Positions 53,837-64,000 of a stretch of DNA of 64,000 bases are shown here, piece after piece. The translations under genes and the position numbers were made by a program. Every line of letters starts with the position of its first letter. Within the stretch, counting starts at the first letter, position 1. The notes under the pieces were generated by a model, which saw only the letters and a list, made by a program, of their open reading frames with translations, did not search any database and was not told where the DNA came from. Source of the stretch: Anaeramoeba ignava BMAN (taxonomy: Eukaryota > Protista > Anaeramoebae); NCBI GenBank assembly GCA_028826165.1, contig JAPDFW010000065.1, forward strand, positions 310,001 to 374,000, written 5' to 3'.

Positions 53837-55933
53837 ATGGAACCTAAAATAATTAAAATCCCAAAAACAAAAGAAGAAAAAGAAAAAACAAAAAGACTTT
53901 ATATAATTTTAAAAAAAATAAATATATAAAAAATTAATAACAAAAATAAAGAAATAAATAAATAAATAAATTAATAAATAAATTAATAAATAAAAATTAA
54001 AATAAATAAATTAATAAATAAATTAATAAATTAAATTAAATAAAAATAAATAAATTTATAAATAAATAAATTAATAATTAAATTAATAAATAAATTTATA
54101 AATAAATTAATAAATAAATTAAATAAATAATAAATTAATAAATAAATTAATAAATAAATTAATAAATAAATTAATAAATAAATTAATAAATAATTTAATA
54201 AATAAATTAATAAATAATTTAATAATTAAATTTATAAATAAATTAATAATTAAATTTATAAATAAATTAATAAATAAATTAATAAATAAATATATAAATA
54301 AATTTATAATTAAATTAATAATTAAATATATAAATAAATTAATAAATAAATATATAAATAAATAGCACCTTTAGAAACAATAAAAGTTGGAAATAAATAT
54401 CAATTATTAAATGTTGATGATCATCATAGACAAATAAAGAAAAAAGGAAGAGATCCTAATGAAGCACGTCCAGATATTGTTCATCAAGTAAAAATATAAT
54501 AATTTTATATTCAAAAATTGTTTTACTTACTTATTTACTTTTTTTTTTCAAAGAGTTTAATGACTTTATTAGATAGTCCACTTAATAAAGCAGGAAAATT
54601 ACAAATTTTTATACATACTCAAAAAAATGTTTTAATTGAAGTTAATCCACAACTTAGAATTCCAAGAACATTTAAAAGATTTGCTGGTTTAATGGGTATT
54701 TATTATTCATTTTTTTAATCAAATTTTTTTGTTCCACTTTTTTTAATTAAATTTATTATTAAAATTATTATTAAAATTATTATTAAAATTATTATTAAAT
54801 TTATTATTAAATTATGTTCCACTATTTTTAATTAAATTATTTATTAAAATTATTATTAAATTTATTATTAAATTTATTATAAAAAATTATATTATTAAAA
54901 AATTATTATTTAAAATTATTAAATTTATTATTAAAATGATTATTAAATGTATTATTAAATTTATTATTAAAAAAAAAATGATTATTAAATTTATTATTAA
55001 AAATTATTATTAAAATTATTATTTTAAATTAAAATTATTATTAAAATTAGCCTTATTAAAATTATTATTAAATTTATTATTTAAATTTATTTTATTAAAA
55101 TTATTATTAAAATTATTTTTAAAAATTATTAAAATTATAAAATTATTATTAAAATTATTATTAAAATTATTATTAAATTATAATTAAAATTATTATTAAA
55201 ATTATTTATTAAAATTATTATTAAAATTATTATTAAAAATTATTAAAATTATTATTAAAATTATTATTAAATTTATTATTAAAATTATTATTAAAATTAT
55301 TATTAAAATTATTATTAAAATTATTATTAAAATTATTATTAAATTTATAATTAAAATTATTATTAAAATTATTATTAAAATTATTATTAAAATTATTATT
55401 AAAATTATTATTAAAATTATTATTAGATTTATTATTAGATTTATTATTAAAATTATTATTAAAATTATTATTAAAATTATTATTAAATTATGTTCCACTT
55501 TTTTTAATTAAATTATTTATTAAAATTATTATTAAAATTATTATTAAATTTTGTTCCACTTTTTTTAATCAAAAAAAATTTTCTTTTTCTTTTTTACTTC
55601 AAAGTTCAATTACTTCACACATTCTCAATTAGATCAACAACTGACTCTGAAACTTTATTAAAAGTTATAAAGAATCCTGTTAGTGATCATTTACCTACTG
55701 ATTGTTATTTTATTGGAACTTCTTATTCATCAGAATCATTAGTAAATTTAAAAGAATTTGTACCAAAATTACCTGAAAAACAAATAGTTTTTGTAATTGG
55801 ATCAATGGCTCATGGTTCTATTGATACTGATTATGAAAATGAACGAATTGCTTTTTCTAAATATCCTTTAAGTGCTTCAACTGCATGTGCAAAAGTTTGT
55901 TATGCTTTTGAAGATTATTGGGGAATTTTATAA
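53837..55933 (+). CDS. EMG1: 18S rRNA pseudouridine N1-methyltransferase Nep1/Emg1
   Basis: KRLYIIL..APLETIK..LLNVDDH..RPDIVHQ|[27 protein letters not shown]|[24 protein letters not shown]. Confidence 0.93.
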
Positions 55934-56165
55934 AAAAAATTTTTCACTTTTTTTAAATAGAAATTTTTTCTTTCTTATTTTTTTCTCCTTTTTTTTTTTT
56001 TCAATTAAATTTATTCCCCCTAAAAAAAAAAGCCAAAAAATTAAAAATATAAAATAAAAATAAACTAAACAACCATTTTTTTTTCTTTCCATTTTCCATT
56101 TTTTTCTTTTCATTTTTTTTTTCATTTTTTTTTTTCTTTTTATTTTTTTCTTTTGTTTTTTCTCA

Positions 56166-59100
56166 ATGGTCGATCTTTATTTTGCAATTTTAGAAGGATC
56201 GATTGAAAAAATTCAAGAATGTTTAAAACATGAAAATGTCAATTCAAAATATGTAAAAAAAAAAATTATTATCAAATTTAACAAAATTATTTTCAAAAGA
56301 ACTAAATTCATTTTTTTTTAGAAAGTAAAAAATAAAAAATAAAAAATAATTTAATTCCAAATTAATTTAAAAATTTTTTTTTAAACTTTCTTTTAAATTT
56401 AGCCTGATGTTTGTTATGATTATTTTTTATTTTATTTTTTGATTAATTTTTTAATGGAAAAAAAAATTCACCTTTTTTTTTTAAATGGAAAAAATTTTTC
56501 TTATTTTTTTTTTTGCCATTTTTTAGAATAACACCCCTTTACATTTTTCTTGTCAAATGACTGTTAGAGAAAATGTGGTTAAATTTCTTTTAGATTCTGG
56601 TGCTGATGTTAATACGAGAAATGTAATTTTTCTTATTTATTTTTTTAATTTTTCATTTAATTTTTAAAATTTTTTCTTTTATTTAAAAGCTTGTAAATTT
56701 AGTTAAAATTTTTTTTTTGACAGTTTTTTTTATGATTAATTTTTTAATATTTTTTTAATAAACAAAAAGAATGTAAAATTTTAAAAGAATATTTTTTAAA
56801 AAAAATAACAATAAATTTATTAAAAACAATTTCAACAATTTTATTTAGAATGATACTCCACTTCATTTTGCTTGTGAAAATACTTCAAATTATCGGGTTA
56901 TTCAATTACTTTTAGATAGAGGAGCTGAAATTAATGCAGAAAATGTATTTAAAATTACAATTCATTTATAAAAATTCATTTATAAAAATTCAAAATTAAA
57001 ATTAAATAGCATGTAAATTATAATTTAAAATTTGAATAAAAATAGAATTTAAAGATAAAATTAATAATAAAATGAATTTTTGATTTAATTTTATAGGCAG
57101 TATTTTCAATTAAATATTTCAATTAATTTCATTTTAATTTAAATTAATAAATTTTTAGAAAGCAATGCCAATTCATACAGCTTCTCTTCAAAAAGCAAAT
57201 TCCAAAATAATTGAATTAATGTTAGATAGAGGAGCAAAAATTAATGCTCGAGATGTTTGTCTTTTATTTTATTGTTTTTTTAATTTGAATAACTTAATAT
57301 TTTTTTGAATCTAAACAAATATAGAGAGTATTTAAATTTTAAAGATAAATTTTAACTTAAAAATGTTTCTCTAATAATAAAATTTTTTCTAGTATGTATG
57401 TTTTCTTTGCTTTTACAAATATAGAATTTAGTTTTGAATTAATAATTATTGAATAAAACAAACAGAATTCAACTCCATTACATCATGCATGTAAATCAAA
57501 AGCTGATTATCGAGTAATAAAAACTTTAATTGCAAGAGGAGCTTTAGTTAATGCAAAAGATGTAATTAAAAAAATTTTTAAATCAATTCCAAATTCCAAT
57601 CCAAATTTATAATTCAAATTTTAGAGAGTAAATTTTTGATTTTTGAATTAATTTTTAAATTAATTATTGAATTTTGATTTTTAAATTTATTATTGAATTA
57701 ATTATTGAATTAATTATTGAATTAATTATTGAATTAATTATTGAATTAATTATTGAATTATTGAATTAATTATTGAATTAATTATTGAATTAATTATTGA
57801 ATTAATTATTGAATTAATTATTGAATTAATTATTGAATTGAATTAATTATTGAATTAATTATTAAATTAATTATTAAATTAATTATTGAATTAATTATTG
57901 AATTGATTATTGAATTAATTATTGAATTAATTATTGAATTGATTTTTAAATTAATTATTGAATTAATTATTGAATTAATTATTAAATTAATTATTGAATT
58001 AATTATTGAATTTGATTTTTTAAATTAATTATTAAATTAATTTTTGATTTTTAAATTGAATTATTGAATGTGAATTATTGAATTAATTTATTAAAATTAA
58101 TTATTGAATTTAATTATTGAATTAATTATTGAATTAATTATTGAATTAATTTTTAAACTAATTATTAAATTAATTATTGAATTAATTATTGAATTAATTA
58201 TTGAATTAATTATTGAATTAATTATTGAATTAATTATTGAATTAATTATTGAATTAATTATTGAATTAATTATTAAATTAATTATTAAATTAATTATTAA
58301 ATTAATTATTAAATTAAAATTAATTTATTTAATAAATTAAATTGAATTTTTAAAAATTAATTATTGAATTAATTATTGAATTAATTTTGAATTAATTTTA
58401 AAATTAATTATTGAATTAATTTTGAATTGATTATTGAATTGATTATTAAATTAATTATTGAATTAATTTTGAATTAATTTTTGAATTGATTATTGAATTA
58501 ATTATTGAATTAATTATTGAATTAATTATTGAATTAATTATTGAATTAATTATTGAATTAATTATTGAATTAATTATTGAATTAATTATTGAATTAATTA
58601 TTAAATTAATTATTGAATTGATTATTGAATTTGATTATTGAATTAATTATTGAATTGATTTTTAAATTAATTTTTAAATTGATTTTTAGCAAGTAAAATT
58701 ATTTTGATATTTTTTTTAGTGTTATTTCTCTTATTCATTTTATTATCGTTTTTATTAATATTAGTTAAATACTCCACTTCATTATGCTTGTAAAAATCCA
58801 GATCAACCACAAACAGTTTATAGATTACTTCAATCAAAAGCAGATGTTAATATTAAAAATGTATTTTTTATTGAATTTTTAATTTTGGAAAAACAAATTT
58901 TATCTTCCTTTCCAAAAAAAGCGAGTAAAAAAAAAACAATTTATAAAATGAAATAAAACAAATTTATTGATTAAATTTTTTTTTAGTTTGTAAATATAAA
59001 AAATATTTGGAAATGAACAAAAAAAAAACTAAAAATAAAATAATCAAAATACATAAAAAAGGGACAAACATGTTTTAATTTTGCAGCTAACAAAAAAATA

Positions 59101-59826
59101 CTAACGATCTTAAACTGTTCAATTTCTATAGCAGAAGATTTAAGAAATTTATTTATTCAAGAAGAATTTACAGATTATGAATTCACAGTAATAGGAGGTA
59201 AAATATTAGCACATCAACCAATAATAGAATGTAGAATTCCGCACAAAACAATAGCAGAAATAGCACAAGAACTATCATCACAAACAGTTGAGAACGCAAA
59301 AGCTTTTATTGAATGGGTTTATTGCGGAATTGTTTCGGATCAATATCGATCCCAAGTGAAAAAAATAGCAAGTAATTTTGGAATTCAAGATTTTCCAGAA
59401 TTTTCATCGATTAGTAGTTTAATTGAATCAACAACACTTCTCTATTCAAAAAACGAATCCAAAGATTTTCAAATTATCAGTTTCAATGAAAGTATTTTTG
59501 TTCATAAAATCATTTTGGCAGCAAGATCAGGTACTTACAGAGGAATGTTTATTAATGTTCAAGATGAAACTAATAAAGTTTCTGATTATTCCAAAAGAAG
59601 TCCTCAAGCAATTCGAGCAGTTATTAAGTTTCTTTATACTGATAAATTGGATGAAGATATTCCTTATGAAATTTTAGCAGAACTTAAAGGTGCTGATCTT
59701 TATTATCAATTAAATTTGAATTCTTCTTTTCGTTTACAATTACAAATTTTAAGAAAAAAATCAGAAAGAAGAAATTTAAGATCCAATTTCCTTTCTAATC
59801 AAAAACCTGATGAAAAGAAAAAATAA
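56166..59826 (+). CDS. Ankyrin-repeat + tandem BTB/POZ protein assembled from 19 exons including 12 microexons
   Basis: Exons: 56166-56252; 56322-24; 56403-08; 56527-56622; 56690-92; 56770-72; 56849-56944; 57010-12; 57097-99; 57159-57254; 57325-27; 57393-95; 57466-57561; 57625-27; 58690-92; 58765-58860; 58922-24; 58987-89; 59062-59826. All introns are GT-AG and phase 0. TPLH ankyrin motifs; BTB motifs AHQPII..FIEWVY and VHKIILAARS..FLYTD. Confidence 0.88.
57628..58689. repeat. 1062-nt intron filled with (AATTATTGAATT) 12-mer repeat
   Basis: Visible directly; lies between microexons AGA and CAA. Confidence 0.88.
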
Positions 59827-59995
59827 GAAAAATTTGAACAAGCAAAAAAAAAAATTTTTTTTTTAAAAAGAAACGAAATTTGGATTTTATTGATTGAAGA
59901 TATAATTTTTAAAAAAAAAAAAAAGGAAGATTTGAAATGAAAAGCATTCAAAATTTCTTTTTTAAAAGAAAAAAAAAATTCCTATTTTTTTGGTT

Positions 59996-62124
59996 TTATT
60001 TTTCTTTTGGAAAAATTTGGACTTGATATAAGTTCAAACAAATGTTAGAAAGAAAATAAGAAAAACCATGTTCTTTCAAGAATTTATCAGGAGAAGCTTC
60101 CATAGAAAGAGAAGGACAAAAAGAACGTAAATGAAGTAAATCAAAAGGAGAAGATTCTAAAGACATTGTTGAAGGAATAACTAAATAGCATTTTGCAATT
60201 AAACATTTTTTTTGCATTGATTCAAAAACTGATTCCAAAGGATTTCCTGCAAAATCTTCAATGAAAATATTATAATGATATTTTGGAACAATTGAACCTG
60301 AAAAGTTTGTTGATTTTAAAAATGTTCTTGGAGGCATATAAGTGTGTGTATAAAAAAACAAAGTATCAACTCCTTCAAATCCTTCATTTTTAAGAATGGT
60401 TGAATCAATATCTATTAAAGAACGAATTACACCACTTTGGTGAATTAATCCAAACCAAATAAAGAATAATGAATTAAATAAAATCAAGATGATGAAAAAG
60501 ATTTTGATTAAGAAGTGGGAATCTGAGTTTTGATTTTGATTTCTTTTTTCTTTTTGATTTCTTTTTTCTTTTTGATTTCTTTTGATTTTGATTTTGATTT
60601 TGATTTTGATTTTGATTTTGATTTTGATTTTGATTTTGATTTTCATTTTCATTTTGATTTTCATTTTCATTTTCATTTTCATTTTCATTTTCAAATTTCT
60701 TTCTTTCCAAAAATATTCCACAAATCATAAATAACGGAAATCCAATTGGTAATAAAAATCTTGGTTCTTGATGAGGAGCAAGAGAAAGTAATAGAATTGA
60801 AAAAATAACAATAATTCCAAGAAGAAAAACAATAGCTTTTTTGTGAGGATCAAAATTTTTGATAGAAGATTTGGATTTAAAAATTAACCAAAAAAACGCA
60901 ATCAAAAATAAAAAGGCAGAAGGACCAAATAAAACAGGAAAATTAACCAAAAAATGCAAATATCTTGGATGCAATCCATGTTCTGCCAAATTACTTGGAT
61001 TAATATTATACATGAAACTATTAAAAGGTGTCAATTTAATGTTCTTGAAAAGATTCAAAACAAAATTTTGAATCAAATGAATTGATATTGATTTTCCTTC
61101 AAAATCCAAAATTTTTGTTGATCTTGAATTGAAATAAATTGTGTCAATAATTATTAAAATAAATGAAGTGATTAAAAACCCAATCAAAACCTCAAAGGCA
61201 ATAAAAATGGAGATTAAAAAGAACTGCGAAAATTTGTTGTGCTTTTTTTGAGCAAAAAGCCAAGCTTGATAAAGTAAATAAAAGCCAATCGGAACAAAAA
61301 AAATGACGAAAGTAAATCTTGAAAAAATTCCTAAAGCAAATAAAATTCCCAAAAACAAATATTTCCAATTTGCCGTTTTGAATCTTGTTTCTTGTGGTTT
61401 TTGGGTTTGTTTTGTTTGGGTTTCTGATTTTTTAGTTGCGATTATAATAGATAGAGTTAAAATAATTGATTCAATTGTATTTGAAAATGGTCGAGTTAAA
61501 AATAAAATTGTCCAAGAGCTCGAAAATAAAAGCAAAGGAATTAAGCTTGAAATTTGTAAACGTTTTGATAACTTCATAACTGACCAATCTTATTCATTAG
61601 AACCACCAGAAACAAATCAAAAAAGCAATTAAATTATTATTATCAAAAAAAAATATTTTTTGTTTTTTTTTATGAGAATTAAAAAAAAATAACGGAAATA
61701 ATTTAGAATAAATTAATAATAATAAATTTTGTTTAGAAAGATTTCAAGAGAAAGATTTTTGGATTGTTTTGAAAGTTATAAAAAGAAAATTACCAAAAAT
61801 CATTGATAAAAAAAGCATGAAAATTCTTGGCAACAAAAATAAAGTAGAAGAATTAACCAAATCGAAGCCTAAATTTTGCATGATTTTCAATGGGAGATAG
61901 GCTATTCCTGATGTGATATATGGAATTGCTATAGAGCGGCATGGGTTTTCTGTATCGAATTCCCATGCTCGATGCGCATATAAGTGGAAGTAATCTGATG
62001 CAATAATTTCTTGATTTTGAAAAAATTCATCTGAATGAATATAACCTGGTGAGAAAATTGAAATTACCCGAATTATTATAAAAAATTTATAAAGAAATCT
62101 TCCAATTTTCATATTCAAGAACAT
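59996..62124 (-). CDS. PIGZ: GPI mannosyltransferase 4 (PIG-Z/Smp3 family)
   Basis: PGYIHSDEFFQNQE..AWEF..PCRSI, TRPFSNTIE, NLAEHGLHPRYLH, PHQEPRFLLP, HQSGV, TYMPP. Intron 61793-61589; frameshift in the NQ tract near 60580. Confidence 0.88.
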
Positions 62125-62159
62125 TTCAAAAATGAAATGAAAAAAAATGAAAACAAAAT

Positions 62160-63140
62160 AAAAAATTTAAATAAAGAATAATAAATAATTAAATTTGAAA
62201 TTAATTTTATTTTATATTTTATCAACTTTTCTTTATTTAAAATAATCTAAAATTATTCCCAAAAATTAAATAAATTTGATAAAATATTTTAATTAAATTT
62301 ATTTCAAAATTTAAATAAAGAATAATAAATAATTAACTTTGAAATTAATTTTAATTTATATTTTATCAATTTTCTTTATTTAAATTAATCTAAAATTATT
62401 CTTAAAAATTAAATAAAATTAATAAAATATTTTAATAAATTTGTTTCAAAATTTAAATAAACAATAATAAATAATTAAATTTGAAATTAATTTTAATTTT
62501 ATATTTTATTAACTTTTCTTTATTTAAAATAATCTAAAATTATTCCCAAAAATTAAATAAATTTGATAAAATATTTTAATAAATTTGTTTCAAAATTTAA
62601 ATAAAGAATAATAAATAATTAACTTTGAAATTAATTTTAATTTTATATTTTATTAACTTTTCTTTATTTAAAATAATATAAAATTATTCCCAATAATTAA
62701 ATAAAATTAATAAAATATTTTAATAAATTTATTTCAAAATTTAAATAAACAATAATAAAATAATTAACTTTGAAATTAATTTTATTTTATATTTTATCAA
62801 CTTTTCTTTTATTTAAAATAATCTAAAATTATTCCCAAAAATTAAATAAATTTAATAAAATATCTTAATAAATTTGTTTCAAAATTTAAATAAAAATAAT
62901 AATTAATTAAATTTGAAATTAATTTTATTTTATATTTTATCAACTTTTCTTTATTTAAAATAATCTAAAATTATTCCCAAAAATTAAATAAAATTAATAA
63001 AATATTTTAATAAATTTGTTTCAAAATTTAAATAAAAACAATAATAATTAATTAAATTTGAAATTAATTTTAATTTATATTTTATTAATAATTTCTTTAT
63101 TTAAATTAATCTAAAATTATTCCCAATAATTAAATAAAAT
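62160..63140. repeat. Tandem satellite, ~144-bp unit, ~7 copies
   Basis: The marker ATCTAAAATTATTCCC recurs near 62250, 62395, 62540, 62685, 62830, 62970 and 63115. Confidence 0.88.
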
Positions 63141-63648
63141 TGAAAAGAAATTGAAATATTTTAATAAAGATAAAAATTGAAATTTAATAATTTTTAACTT
63201 GGATTTAATTTAAATTAAATTTATTTTAAATTGAATTAATATTTTTATTTATTAAATTAATATTTTTGATTATTTATTATTTCAATTTTAATTATAATAA
63301 AATATATTGAAAATAAATTTTTAAATTGGAAAATTGTTTTGTTTTAAATATTTCTTGATTTAATGAATTTTTAATAATAAATTATAATTGAATTCTTTAT
63401 TAATTCATCTAATAATAAAGAATATAAATTTAATTATTATTAATTTCTATTTTCAATTTTTATTTTGGTTTATTAACTTCAAAACATAATTTCTTCCTAT
63501 TTAATCATATTTTTAATAATATTTTTAATTTAAAATTAAATTATTTAAAATTGGATTTGTTTTTTATTTATTAATTTGAATAATTTTATTTAATTAAAAG
63601 TAAATTAAAATTGAATTGAATTTTGAAAGAAAAAATGAAAAATAATTT

Positions 63649-64000
63649 TTAAATGAAATAAGTTTCAATTTCATCAACTGTCCATTCATTATTAGAACCA
63701 GCTAAATAACTTTGATCTGCATTTGAATTTGGTTCAATTCCTTTAGGATTAGTATATTTGTAACCACAACTTGTTACAAAAGGTGAAAAATCAGAATTTA
63801 ACCAAATTCCTCCACTTCTTCCAAAACATGGACCTCTATCTAAACTATAATAAATTGCAAATTGTTCTTGTCCTTGTTTGATTGGAAATTTCTCTGGTTT
63901 TCTATTTCCTTTATTATTTCTTAATGAAAAGAGGAATGCATTTGAATCCTGTATATCTCCCCGAACTTTCTTTCTATCTTCATTTCTCCATTTTGATTTA
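63649..64000 (-). CDS. TLDc-domain protein, 3' end (rest outside window)
   Basis: IQDSNAFLFSLRN..PEKFPIK..AIYYSLDRGPCFG..YLAGSNNEWTVDEIETYFI* is a TLDc C-terminal pattern. Confidence 0.8.
   Translation of the reverse strand, partial: KSKWRNEDRKKVRGDIQDSNAFLFSLRNNKGNRKPEKFPIKQGQEQFAIYYSLDRGPCFGRSGGIWLNSDFSPFVTSCGYKYTNPKGIEPNSNADQSYLAGSNNEWTVDEIETYFI

Noticed and set aside
56409-56526. Hidden third microexon in the 118-nt intron
   Set aside because: No internal AG..GT cassette is visible.
7780-60600. Programmed frameshifting, stop-codon reassignment or widespread pseudogenisation
   Set aside because: The shifts fall in homopolymers and microsatellites of otherwise intact conserved genes, typical of long-read consensus errors. 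TAA and TGA terminate genes normally.
1-64000. tRNA, rRNA, transposase or intein sequences
   Set aside because: None recognisable by eye; tRNAscan, Infernal and HMM searches would be needed to exclude them.

Overview
This is extremely AT-rich, gene-dense eukaryotic DNA. It has GT-AG introns that are mostly 60-85 nt, plus several introns expanded to 0.5-1.9 kb by AT microsatellites. Ankyrin-BTB and TLDc genes, poly-NQ tracts and a TCATTT initiator-like motif suggest an anaerobic metamonad amoeba such as Anaeramoeba; this is inference only. About 23 protein-coding genes were reconstructed by hand: TTBK/CK1 kinase, CH-RhoGEF-PH, Naa38-like Sm protein, CBM20-ankyrin-BTB, MYCBP, dTMP kinase, SMAP-type ArfGAP, DHCR24-like reductase, PCCB, a surface beta-repeat protein, CinA-like/nucleotidyltransferase, RPL38, CLEC16A-like, NOPCHAP1-like, N-BAR, COPG, CH-RasGAP-PH, ankyrin-SAM, EMG1, ankyrin-BTB, PIGZ, a partial TLDc gene and hypotheticals. 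Many ORFs carry single-base frameshifts in homopolymers or repeats, probably assembly errors. The standout is the ankyrin-BTB gene at 56166-59826. Each ankyrin repeat is a 96-nt phase-0 exon, and the two variable beta-hairpin residues between repeats are each encoded by their own microexon (12 in total: 11 of 3 nt, one of 6 nt). A second ankyrin-BTB gene (9218-11197) shows a related arrangement. Three satellite arrays are also present, two of them sharing an AAAAGTGGAA core.
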